DNA of 64,000 bases. It comes from Raja brachyura. Lineage: Eukaryota. Location: contig OY740785.1 of the NCBI GenBank assembly GCA_963514005.1, positions 68,014,001-68,078,000 of the forward strand, written 5' to 3'. The number at the start of each line of letters is the position of its first letter. Position 1 is the first letter of the stretch. Of this stretch, positions 11,561-23,520 are shown one piece after another. A program made the position numbers and the translations under genes. The notes beneath the pieces are model-generated. The model did no database searches. It was not told where the DNA came from and saw only the letters and a list, made by a program, of their open reading frames with translations.

Positions 11561-12091
11561 TGATCATACGCTGAATATTCAACTACATATTTGTTTGGAA
11601 GCGGAAAGAAATAATAGAAATTGCATTCATTGCAACGTGTAAAAAGAGTTGAGATACTGGTTTATAATTTTGCTGCATGTCATTGTGGTATATATCATGT
11701 CTTGATTGGTGAATAAGTTTAGTTTGTGACTTTATTTGAAGCAGAAATAATATGTGAATGCTTCATTGAGTTTATTCCGACTGGTAACTACGCACTATCG
11801 TCCGAGCACATTATCGCACGCGTCATGCAAGCCGTCTTAGATGACCACGTAAACTGTCATTTGCCAACCTAAAAATCTGCCTAGGTTGCTCAGCTAGAAA
11901 CAGAGAAAAAAAGTTAAGTGAGAGCCCTGCTACACCCTTCCCCCGAGGTATAGAATGCAACGTTCTCCCAACCTGAATGAGTACATTTTATGCATCTTTA
12001 TTATGCTTATTGGAATTATTGCAATCCTTCCTGCGTTTCAGATTGTATAATGTTTTGTGTGTTTTTCCTGCAGTGCTAGATACTGAAGAGT

Positions 12092-12320
12092 ATAGAAACA
12101 TAGAAACATAGAAAATAGGTGCAGGAGTAGGCCATTCGGCCCTTCGAGCCTGCACCGCCATTCAATGTGATCATGGCTGATCATCCAACTCAGTATCCCG
12201 TACCTGCCTTCTCTCCATACCCCCTGATCCCTTTAGCCACAAGTGCCACATCTAACGCCCTCTTAAATATAGCCAATGAACTGGCCTCAACTACCTTCTG
12301 TGGCAGAGAATTCCAGAGAA
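12092..12320 (-). mobile_element. CR1 3' end
   Basis: LWNSLPQKVVEASSLAIFKR plus (agaaacat)n tail. Confidence 0.85.
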
Positions 12321-14635
12321 TTTGTGGTTTTATTGACATTTTTCTTGATAACAAATACTCACTTAAATCACCATGCTTTTTAATTTCACTGTCAGACCAA
12401 ATCGTCCACTTTATTATCACTAATGAAGGCTATTACTTTATTTTTTGCTCTATCCATAGTGTAACAGAAATCACAAACATCAAGAAGTCATGATGCGACT
12501 TTATAAACTTTGGTGAGGCCACAGTTCTGGTCACCCAGTCACACATAGGATGTGGAGGTTTTGGAGACGATGCAACAAAGGCTTGACAAACTGCATTTTG
12601 TGTCTTTCTTCGGGTAAACCAGTGTCTGCAGTTCCTTCCTACACTTACCAAAATGCTGCCAGGATTAGATGCTATGAGCTACAAGGTGAGGTTGGACGGA
12701 CATGGATTGTTGCTTTATTTTGCTTTATTTTGAATTTGCAGCACCTGCAGATTTTGGTTCCATGCATGTCAAATGGCATCATTAGTACTGCAGTTACATT
12801 GCCATTTTAAATACTGTGCAATGGGCTTAAGACAACGAAATTGCTCGTTCTTTATGGGAAACCCGCCAACAGAAAACTATTCTCATTGGTGAGTGTTGAG
12901 GAGATCTGGAAGTCTCAGGCGAATTGAATTGTTCGTGACTTTCTTTATTTAAAAAAAATATAAATTTTATTTTTGAGCGTGAAAAACTCTGTGATCAGCG
13001 TGAGAATTGTGTGAAATGCGTAATTCTCACACTTAATGCATGGCAGCCCTGTGGAAGCAGAGTCAATAATGACATTTAAGAGGTTTCAGATAGGCAAGGA
13101 ATGGAGGGGTATGGGTCATATGCAGGCAGAGGAAATTAACTGGGCATAATGTTTTGCACAGACATTGTGTGCATAATGGCCTGTTTCTGTTCTGTACTGT
13201 TCTATGCTCTAACTATCACTTCAGGTTGAGAAGAGTCAAACATCATTGCAGGGTTGAGAGTAAAACCCATTGGCCTTTCTTTAATTCTGCTTCATACTCT
13301 CTTGTGCTCTGTATTACAAATGTTTCACTTGGACCAAGACAGTTCAGTTCAGTAGTTAGCAGACATCAAAATCAAAATATTGATTGCATTTGAAGACTAT
13401 CATTTAAGCAAATAGCTAACATAAAGTCTAGTTTTTTTATAATGTAAATCTAACATGGTCAATCAATTGCGAGTATAATATGAACAAAAAATGATTTTGA
13501 ATTGTACAGAGCTCAAACTTTGTGGCTGGCTGGGTAATAAATGGACATGGTACTGATTGGCTGCTCGTTGTGGTTTCAGCTGTCTGTGATCAGCATTTTA
13601 AATTCTCCTGATTGATATTCAATAATTACTGCTTAAAAGGTTATTCATTGGCGTTAACAGAAGACGAATGAACAGAAATTCAACTAAAATGACTACGGTG
13701 GTTTCAGCTGCCATTGTTCTTCCCTCCCACTACTGGGTTCCTTTAATGATATAATGGAAGGGGAGTACAGAGGGTAAACAGTTGCTTAGCACCAGTGGCC
13801 AAAATGAAATCTCTTCCACTCCACCATTATCTGCTGCAGGTGTGCACTGCTTGCATTCACCCATGAAGAACAGCAACTCAAAATAAAGGAGGTGCAGGTG
13901 GCTGTAGAACTGCAAATATTCTGAAAACTCTTTTTCAACCAAACTTTCCACATTGGTTGCTGTTTGATCCTATCTTCTTGCCTTCTCCAAATTATCTTAT
14001 GGCATTGTAAGAACAGCAGAACAAATGCTAAGTCAGTATTCAGGCAGCCATTTATGAGCCTAAAGGGCCTGTCCCACCAGCATGCGACTACATGCGGTGA
14101 GCGCGACCAAACTGGATGCTATATTGCTTTAATGCTATATTGCTTTAATATAACAGAGTGCATATAATACTAATAATAGTTGTTTTTTATCCAAACGTAC
14201 CCATTTTCTGAAATGCCCACGTTCACAACAGCTCACTTCATAGTCAATTATAAAACCACAAAATGCTGGAGTAACAGCGGGTAAGGCAGCATCTCTGTAC
14301 GTGAATGGGTGATGTTTTTGGGTTGAGATCTTTCTTCAGACTGTTTGTATTAGGAGAGAGAAAGCAGCACAAAGCCTGGCATGTGACAGGTGGATCCATC
14401 AGCTCCATCACTTAAGTGTTTTTTTGTAAACCAATTTTGGCAGTTCCTATTGTCTTCATATTCAATTCTGCTTGGTTTATGTTAAGAATTTTATACTACA
14501 TATGTTACCCAAAAAAAGTCTTTGTTTAGGGCTTTTGTGGATCTCGAGTCATGGCAATGTCAATTGGTTCATGACTGAAGAACCAATGAAATACTTCAGA
14601 GTGTGGTCATTGTTGTACAGCCAAATAGTGTGTAG

Positions 14636-14668
14636 GAGAGGGAGAGAGGGAGAGAGGGAGAGAGAGAG

Positions 14669-14711
<43 letters not shown>
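14636..14711 (+). repeat. (GA)n microsatellite
   Basis: Directly visible. Confidence 0.95.
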
Positions 14712-14715
<4 letters not shown>

Positions 14716-15936
14716 AATTTCAAATTTATTATCACATCAAATAGATATATAAATCACAATAAACTAATGATTATACTTTCAAATACTGAAAGAAACTAAA
14801 TTAAAACTACTGAATGGTTTAAAGCATTAGCAATATAAGGTCTAGCAAATAAATATTTAATGATGTGAGCAGTCAGCTCAGGCTTTTCCCTAAAATAATC
14901 AATATTAAACACTTTATAATAGGTTTAGAAATTACCTCTTGCCACATTTATAAATCAGCAAGGTCTCTCTTTCCTCAATGGGCACATCTTGTGTGTTTGT
15001 AGAACGGCATTAACATTGTTAATGTTTGCCCACAAACTGTTTAAAGTTAAATGAAAATGTGTCCGGCGACAGACTCTAAATGAACTATAACCCTAGACCA
15101 CAGAGGATCGCAGCGCTGGACTACTTTAGGGGAATAAATAAATCACAAATGGCTGTAATTGAGCTTCCACTGCTGAAGTTAATGTATTAAAAAGAACACA
15201 ATGGAGGACATTCATAATGTATTACATTCTAAATATATAGTCTATACTGCTGACTGAACCATAGCAATTGTCCGAGTTTAACACATGCCAAGGGAGATGC
15301 ATTTTGAGTGAGGTTTATGCCTATAGTTGGTCAAAAATGAGCACTGAAACAAGCCATGCATTTGGACAAGAGACAAAAGAAACTTTGGTGCTTCAACCAT
15401 ATTTGGGTTGCTGAAACGCTCTGTGGCAAGGAGTCGACTGCTTAAGGGACAGTGAAATCACACTGGGGATCAAAATATTATTATTAGAATGAGAGCCTGG
15501 AGAACAGCCAAAAACAATTTTACCCCTGCCTTCCTACCACCCACTTCCCATTTCTCAAGAGTATCACTAGTATAATCTGAAGTAAATTCCCTGTGAATCT
15601 AAAAATCTCACCTTGTTAAAGTTTAGTTGATACGCAAATCATTCTCCTCCCATAACCAAATAGCTTTCAGCCAACTCGGTCTCATCCACAGTAAATGTAA
15701 ACTGCCAAGAAAATGTCAATGATCACAAAAAAGCTGCACTAATTTAGCCAGCAGAGACAATTTAAAGCTTTGACCAACGTATGAAAAAGAATGCATAAAA
15801 TTTGTAGTCTTTTTTTATTCAATAAAACAAAGAATGTTGCAAGTGCAGCTACTGTTTTTTTCAGAAAAATTTGAACCCCTGATTTTGCAACATCTCTTTA
15901 TCCAGCATCTACAGTCTTTTGGGAGGCAAAATATAC

Positions 15937-17205
15937 GCATTTAGAGGGACAATGGTTGATTAGGGATAGTCAGCATGGTTTAGTACATGGAAAGTCGTGT
16001 CTCACGAATCTGAGATTTTTGAAGATGTGACCAAAAATGTTGATGAGAGCAGAGCTGTAGATGTTATACATGTGGATTTCTGCAAAGCATTCAACAAGGT
16101 TCCACAAATTAGGCTGCTCTGGAAAGTTGGATCGCATGGGAGAGATAGCTGAACAGATAGAAAATTGGTGGAAGGTTGCTTCTTGGACTGGAAGCCTGTG
16201 ACAAGTGGTGTGCCATAGGGTTTGGTGCTGGGCCCGTTACTGTTTGTCATCTATATCAATGATATGGATGAGAACATAGAGCACATGGCAAGATTATCAA
16301 GCTTGCAGATGATACAAAAGTGGGTGATATTGCAGACTGTGAAGATGATTGCGAAAAATAGCAGCAGGATCTTGATCACTTGGCCTGGTGGGCAGAGGAA
16401 TGGTTGATGGAATTTAATACAGTGAAATGTGAGGTGTTGCATTTTGGAAAGTCTAACATGGGCAGGACCCACACAGTGAATGGTAGGGCTCAGGGGAGTG
16501 TTGTAGAGCAGAGCGATCTAGGAGTGCAGGGACATAGTTCCTTGAAGGTGGAGTCGCAGGTAGATAGGGAGGTCAAAAAAAGCTTTTGGCACATTGCCCT
16601 TCATCAATCAGAGTATTGAGAATGGAAGTTGGGAGGTCGTATTGCAGTTATATAAGACATTGGTGAGGCTGCATTTGGAGTATTGTGTTCAGTTCTGGGC
16701 ATCATATTATAGGAAAGATGTTATCAAGCTGAAAAGGATACAGAGAAGATTTACAGGGATGTTGCCAGGATCCGAGGGTCTGAGCTATAGGGAGAGGTTG
16801 AGTAGGCTTGGAGCACAGGAGGATGAGGGGTGATCTTATACAGGTGCATAAAATCACGAGAGGAATAGTTCAGGTAGATGCACAGAGTCTCGGCTAGAGT
16901 AGAGGAATCAAGGATCAGAGGACATAGATTTAAGGTGAAAGGGAAAAGGAATTAATAGGAATCTGAGGGGTAACTTTTTCACACAATAAGTGGTGGGTGT
17001 ATGAAACGAGCTGCCGAAGGAGGTAGTTGAGGCAGGGACTATTGCAATGTTTAAGAAACAATTAGACAGGTACATGGATAGGACAGGTTTGGAGGGATAT
17101 GGACCAAACAAGGGCAGGTGAGACCAGTGCAGCTGGGACATGTTGGCCGGAGTGGATAAGTTGGGCCGAAGGGCCTGTTTCCATGTTGTACGACACGATG
17201 ACTAT
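15937..17205 (+). mobile_element. CR1 LINE, 5'-truncated and decayed (RT to 3' UTR)
   Basis: Fragments VLGPLLFVIYINDMD, WAEEWLMEFNTVKCEVLHFG, LYKTLVRLHLEYCVQFW. Confidence 0.9.
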
Positions 17206-17729
17206 AAAAACAGAAAATACTGGAAACATGCAGCAGGTTGGACAACATCTGTGGAAAGAGAAAATGTGTCTCTGGCATTTTTCTTTTTTTCTTTCAGATT
17301 TCCAGCATCTACAAAGTTATGATTTTCAGCCTTTGAACTATGTCCTGTCCTCTCAGCCACCAATGACTAATATGAGGAATCCACACAATGGAAAGAGAAG
17401 ACAAATAAACCTAGTGCATAAAAGACAATTATAATTAACTTGGAAGACCATATAAATGATTCCACCTACAGAGTTGATTTTTGGATGTACGCAAATTGTA
17501 GACACCACACACAAACCACATGTACCAGAAAACCTCAGACAGTGCATTCACAATCTGCAGGATGTATAGGTAAAATAAACAACCTTTTGGAGGCATTCTA
17601 GATATTCTGAAGTTGAGATCTATGCTGCTTTGCCTGCATTTAAATAAATTAAACAAAGCATTTTCAGCTGCTGTCATTTTATAAAAAATCAAAAAATGTA
17701 TTTTGGGCTGTCAAAGTATCAAGGACTAA

Positions 17730-18152
17730 AGGGCCTGTCCCCTTATGCGAATTACGCGACCTCGTGGTCACTTGAGGTGTACGGGCACCGTATGGCCGTG
17801 CGGGGCCGGTCCCACTTAGAAGCGTGGAGTTGTGCGGGGCTGGTCCCGACATCGTGCAGGGCTCCGAAATTCTTGCAGTGACTGAAACCTGTCGGCAAGC
17901 AGGCGCATTACGGTCGTATGCAGCGTCTTGACGGCGTACGGAGCATCTTGACGGCGTACGCTTAGCGTGTGGCATTGCGCAATGACGTCACCGCCCGGCG
18001 TGGCGTTGCGTGATGACGTCACCGCCCGACGCCCAAATTCAGTCGGCCCGCCTCCTGCCCAGCAGATTGGTAAGCATGACGTAAATGACGTCAGGTGTAA
18101 ACTTAGCGTGAACTCCGCTTCCGGTTGGTCGCGTCAAACGCACACAGGCCCT
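17730..18152. mobile_element. PIF/Harbinger-type MITE
   Basis: TIR AGGGCCTGT...ACAGGCCCT; TAA TSD at 17727-17729 and 18153-18155. Confidence 0.8.
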
Positions 18153-18624
18153 TAACATGCCTATCAATTAAGGTGCTAAGTTGCAAACCATTGTTGCTTG
18201 TTTTTAAATCTGCATAATTTACTGTTTAAGTGATGATTAAAATATTGCAATAAATTGAAAGACTGACAAAGGCGCAACAAGTACAGAAAGGCACAAATGT
18301 TACCATGTCGCCTCTAGCTTTAGACACTCCACTAACAAAATGCATAAACGAATGGACAAACATGGAGATAAAGTGGATTACAACAAATGAAAATGAGAAA
18401 TCGGTAGAATGAATAGATAAACAGATTGGTTAAATAGCAAAAAAAAACAACTGTTGGTACACTGGAATCCGGCTGAATGGTATATAAAAAGCTATGCATG
18501 CAAATTCACCAAGGAATTGGGAAAGCAATTTGCACATTTCAAGATGGCTAAAGTTAAAAAAGTAGGGAAGTCTTGCTGTGTTGTAGAGAACATTAGTGAA
18601 TACAATAAACATTGAATAATACAA

Positions 18625-18790
18625 TCTTCTTCTTATCGAGTCCACACACAAGATTAGAAGTTGTTCAGCCAGAGCTGAACACACTTCTCGGCATCTGCAT
18701 ACAATGGTGTCTGTCTTGCGCTTCTTGTGCGTGGTGGTAGAAAGATTGGTGAAAACAGGGCCGCGACGTGAACGATCTTTCCTTTACTTC
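18625..18790 (-). mobile_element. Short non-autonomous retroelement with degenerate HDV-like 5' fold and (AAG)n tail, inserted in an old CR1
   Basis: AATAATACAA at 18615-18624 and 18791-18800. Minus strand reads GGAAAGA-TCG-TTCACGT-CGC-GGCCCT-G-TTTTCA-CCAA-TCTTTCT and ends aagaagaaga. Confidence 0.7.
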
Positions 18791-20471
18791 AATAATACAA
18801 TAACATTGAATAATACAAGCAATTTTGGTCTCCATACCTTATCTGCCCAGTGGAGGGGACAGCATAGTTTCACTGATTGATTTCGGGGATAAGGGGGTTG
18901 TCCTATGAGGGCAGAGCGAGTGTGATTGGTTTTCACTTGCTAAAGTTTAGAAGAATGAGGGGTGATCATTAACACATACAAGATTCTGAGAAGGATTGAC
19001 AGGATGTATCTGATTGCAAAGTCGAGAAGACTTTGGTGTCAAGCCAGTAAGAACAATTGAAACTGAGATCAAGAGGTATTTGGATGCAATGAAAATGTGA
19101 GAGCTCAGAGATCAGGCAACAAATTCAATGAGGTATAGACTGGCCATGATCATACACATTGGTGCAGCAGTCAGAAGATCTAAATCTACTTTGATTCACT
19201 ATGTTCTTAAATTATAAGGGAAATTAAGAAATACTATTTCCAGTGATCAATAAATCAGTAAAACAAGAGCAAAAACTTTAAGGTCATCACCAAAGGAATT
19301 AAGGAACTGTGGATTGTTGGGTTTTAAGAAGCCCTAACAGTGCACCAATGGTGGACTCAAAATCATGGCTTCACCCAGAAGTAAAAAGTATAAATAGTTA
19401 AGCAAGGAAAACATTAAAAAAATCTTAACATTTTTGTTTTTCCTCTTTCTTGTGAATGCTCAGATGAGTAGATATTAAAGAGGGAAAGGACTTCATTGCA
19501 AGGTTCTCTATTTGAAATGTTATCAGTGACACAGACATGACAAGGCAAAAGGACTACTAATTGTGCTGTAATTCCTGTTATTCTCTGATAAAGAAATCCT
19601 GGACTTTGGCCAGTCAGACAGAGCACTGAACTGTTAAGCCCTAGTGAATGACAATGAGTAGAGTGCGTTGTTGACAAATGAATCTTTTTTAAAGTTTGGT
19701 TCATTTGTAATTTAATCATGACTGAAACCCTTTAAACCACACATAATTCTGAATGGGAAATAGTTGGGCAGACAACCACAGAATACACCTCGTTCAACAT
19801 AATACATACGGAGTAATATTTCTGCAATAGGCTAATATAAAATTCTGGAAGCACCCCCAAGAATAGAGGCCAAATAATGTTAAATGATTAATTATCATCA
19901 AATGACTGCTTGAACCATGTATTAGGTTTTAGCCTCATTAAAGCTATTATTTTAGAGCATTAAGTGTTGAATTACTTAGCAGAATTTTCAGTGATATTTA
20001 AATTTTTGCAACCAATAATATTATTCTTATAAATCAACATTTAGAATGGGGATAAATATATTTGAAAATTATGTGGATACTGAAAGATACATAAGAAATT
20101 GACTCAGTAGCCCAGAAATTAAATTGGAGTTAATAAACCCTGGACAGCTTCACAGCCCCTCTTGCCAAACAATAATCTACCTTCTCAGCAACATGCTTGG
20201 CTATATTGCAATTAGGTCAGACTTGAAAACAAGGTAAACTCCGTCACTACCCCTCACCACAGCCCCCAACATCAGATCAAATACCGTCCCATGTTGGGAA
20301 GTAGACATTTGAAATTTCAATGTAGTAATACTTGCTTTATGGTGCATGTAAAAAAAGTGCATTGGATCCATAAATATTGTATCAAATCTAGGTAGAACAG
20401 GCCCCTCATTCCTAATCCCAATCCATCCCCATAATCCTGCAAATTATTCCTTCAAATTTCCTTCCAATTCT

Positions 20472-20616
20472 ATGTGGCTAAAGGGATCAGGGGGTATGGA
20501 GAGAAGGCAGGTACAGGATACTGAGTTGGATGATCAGCCATGATTATATTGAATGGCCATGAAGGCTCGAAGGGCCGAATGGCCTACTCCTGCACCTATT
20601 TTCTATGTTTCTATGT
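20472..20616 (+). mobile_element. CR1 3' end
   Basis: gtggctaaagggatcaggggg...ttctatgtttctatg. Confidence 0.8.
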
Positions 20617-21979
20617 AAAGACAATGTTTGATTCTTTTCTATCTTTTTTCATATTCTTTACATAAGAAAAACGTTTTTTCTTTACATCTTCTTTGACCTT
20701 TGCCGGTTTTTAAAATCTGCTCACTTCTATTTACCCAACCTGTCATGGTCTTTTTCACTTCTGCTAAATTTCTTATTCACCTACATTGCTGCAGAGAATA
20801 AGTTCAGTTACCTCACTCAAATCTTATCTCTGAAATTCCTCGCTCCTAAATATGATTTAATGGCCATCTACAAAAGGAAATATTGCTGCATGACTCCTCC
20901 ATTGCAAATCTGTGCCCTAAAAAGCAAACGGCTATGTTAACACAAAACCAACCAATTCAAGCCGATTTGAACAACTAGCAGGTGATATGGTCCGCGTCAA
21001 AACGAAAGGCAACTGGAAGCCATTCAGCATTCTCCCCGGACGCTTAACCTTGAACAAACTGCTGGAAACTAAGAGAACAAATTGAAGGGTCAGACCTTCT
21101 TTGTGAACCATGGATAATCATAAACTATCCCAGAACAGATCCTGGTGGATGCTACACCTTTCTCTTCAAACGGAGGTTTACAGCATCCGCGTTGATTGAG
21201 TGCAAAGCGCTGAATCAGCCCCTGCAGTATAATCAGAGACCCAGAAGAGAAATCTGCAGGCGGTTTTGAAGGATATTCAAGCTCTTGAATCAGAAGTTCT
21301 GGTCTGGATATCTAACCCAGACATTCATGTGATAGTCATAAAATTAATCAATGATCAAACCAGAATACTGGTTATTTGTCTCAATGAATACAGCAGGTGA
21401 TTAATGACCAGACAACTGTTGACCCGGGACTCCTGGCTCATCTTTAAATCGCTTCAAATTGTTGACATCCTTCTGAAGGAACAGACAGGGCACTCGAATC
21501 AAGAGATAGCACATCCATTATTGCAAGAGTAAATCACAGATCCCAGCCTGGATTATGTGGATGTGGGGCTCAAATCTGCCTCCCAGCGTCAAACATATAT
21601 CAGACTGAGGAATTAAATTTAATAAACTTGTTTTAACTGTAGTGTTCATCCCAACTACAAATTCCTTAAGATAGAACTTAAATTACTCTGCACCGTCAAC
21701 AACCATTACACGTTTTCCATTGTAAGCTGCATATCATGAATTCCTTTTCTCCTGCGATGCCGCCTGACCCGCTGAGTTACTCCAGCGTTTAGTGTCAATC
21801 TTCGGTGTAAACCAGCATTTGCAGTTCCTTCCTACACATATCATGAAATTACTTTGGATCTTACAAGTGCGCAGAGTCTGGCGCACCCCCACCGTTAATA
21901 TCCCATAACAATGATGTTCCTCACTAAAAGGACACAACGTGCTGGAGTAATTCAGCGGGCCAGGCAATATCTCGGAAGA

Positions 21980-22257
21980 ATACGGGGAAGGCCATTTAGG
22001 ACTGAGATAACGAAAACACGTTTTCACCCAGAAAGTTGTGAATCTGTAGAATTATCTGCCACAAAAGGCAGTGGAGGCCAATTCACTGGACATTTTCAAG
22101 AGAGAGTTGGATTTAGCTCTTAGGGCTAACGGAATCAAGGGATATGGGGGAAAAAGCAGAAACGAGGTACCGATTTTGGATGATCAGCCATGATCATATT
22201 GAATAGCGATGCTGGCTCGAAAGGCCGAATGGTCTACTCCTGCACCTATTTTCTATG
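21980..22257 (+). mobile_element. CR1 3' fragment, preceded by inverted Penelope-derived repeats at about 21738-21975
   Basis: Homology to the other CR1 tails and pLTR repeats in the window. Confidence 0.75.
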
Positions 22258-22739
22258 AACATGATTTGTGGCCGAGACGCTCATGCAGACCCCCTTAACT
22301 TTGAACATGACTCGACTATATGCAGAGGCCAGTTGTCGAAACTGTGAAATAAGGTGGTCACTCTCCCGGGAAATCGGGGATTTAAGGTCGTTTCCAGCAC
22401 GCAAACACTGTGTCACTAAGTTCCAATGTTGTGAATATCGACTTCAGTTGCATCCTCTCCGCTATGAATTGCAACAGGAAAGATTGCAAACTTCCAAAGT
22501 CGCTGACCCGTTAACATCACTGTACTGAGGTTTATTCGTATCTGGTTACCCATAGTTTAAATTGCGTTTTTAAATCAAACCCCCAAGTAATCTGGATAAA
22601 AGGTCTGCCAAAAATCTTCCTCAAATATACTTTTCTCCGGATAACATACAATATTTCAGCAGTAAAGTTATTCCCACCGACCAAGCATATTGTTGCCGTT
22701 ATAATTCACCTCTCCTCCCCACCCTGAGACCCCCTCCAC

Positions 22740-23520
22740 CCACAGTCGGAATCCGGTGGCCTCTTGGTCCGGGTTGAGCGATAAACTGCACGGTTTGAGA
22801 CGCTCTGTACTTCGGGAGGCGAGAGGCTTGAGAGCGGCGAGCAAAGCTGCCGCTGGAGCCCACCAGCCGTGCAGAGGGGAGAGAGAGCGAAGCTCCGCAT
22901 CTTTCCCCACAGCCCGCTCGCAGCGAGGGGACACAGAACACTGAACTCGGGGCCAAGTTCCCATCTGGAGAGAGACACCTGGAATTAAAAGGAAGCCCCA
23001 GACCAGAGACACCTGGAATCAACAGGACGCTCCACAAACACCCAACTTCAAACACGAACCCGCGCCGTGGGTGCGCGACTTGGCTGCAACTCTGTGCAGT
23101 CCCCGGGAATGAGTGCGGGGACTTCACCCGCTACAACACCTCGACAGCCCCGTCCCCCTACCTTGGCTCAGCCGTGCCAGGGTCGGTAGCCGGAATTTGC
23201 CGACGACCATGTCTAGCGGTAGAGACACCGAGCTCCATTTGATATCAGTCGTGCCCGAAGACTTGTCCATTTTCCGGCATCATATCGTGTGCCGCGGGTT
23301 GGCAACGTGCGAGAGGCTCGCAGCTCCTGCAGACCCGGCCAGGCTTGCACCGCACGCCATGTTGCAGGCGGCCAGCGCCTCCCCCCGCAGCGCTGCGCTG
23401 CACTGCGCCCCCCTCGCCAGAGAGTACACCCCCTCCCCTCCCCTCCCCACCCCACCAAGCCCCGCCACTGCCCGCCCGCCCACCCTCTCCGCACCGGCGC
23501 TGCCCGGCACCGCCTACACT
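22740..23520 (-). promoter_or_regulatory. CpG island / promoter and first-exon region of the GAREM-family gene
   Basis: Locally GC- and CpG-rich, apparently non-repeat sequence around the exon, with GC boxes (CCGCCC) upstream. Confidence 0.7.
23162..23270 (-). CDS. GAREM2: First coding exon of GRB2-associated regulator of MAPK (GAREM/FAM59 family), most like GAREM2
   Basis: Translates MDKSSGTTDIKWSSVSLPLDMVVGKFRLPTLARLSQ(G), matching the GAREM N-terminal pattern WS...PLD...RLP as I recall it; RLPTLA favours GAREM2. aaaATGG start context; phase-1 donor CAAG|gtagg. Family is more certain than paralogue. Confidence 0.8.

Larger units (their letters stand above)
7652..11929. mobile_element. Non-autonomous TIR DNA transposon with 5-bp TSD (hAT5-like), hosting several nested insertions
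   Basis: Left end CAGAGCTCCAAATTAAC; right-end reverse complement CAGGGCTCTCACTTAAC. CTACA at 7647-7651 and 11930-11934. GCAACC/GGTTGC motifs near both ends. Confidence 0.6.

Noticed and set aside
13730-13951. Minus-strand ORF as possible GAREM exon 2
   Set aside because: No similarity to the expected EG...LLIHSCRQWTT...EEGHYVIGPKI sequence
14062-14110. Harbinger-type TIR start AGGGCCTGTCCCAC
   Set aside because: No matching right end found; too short to delimit
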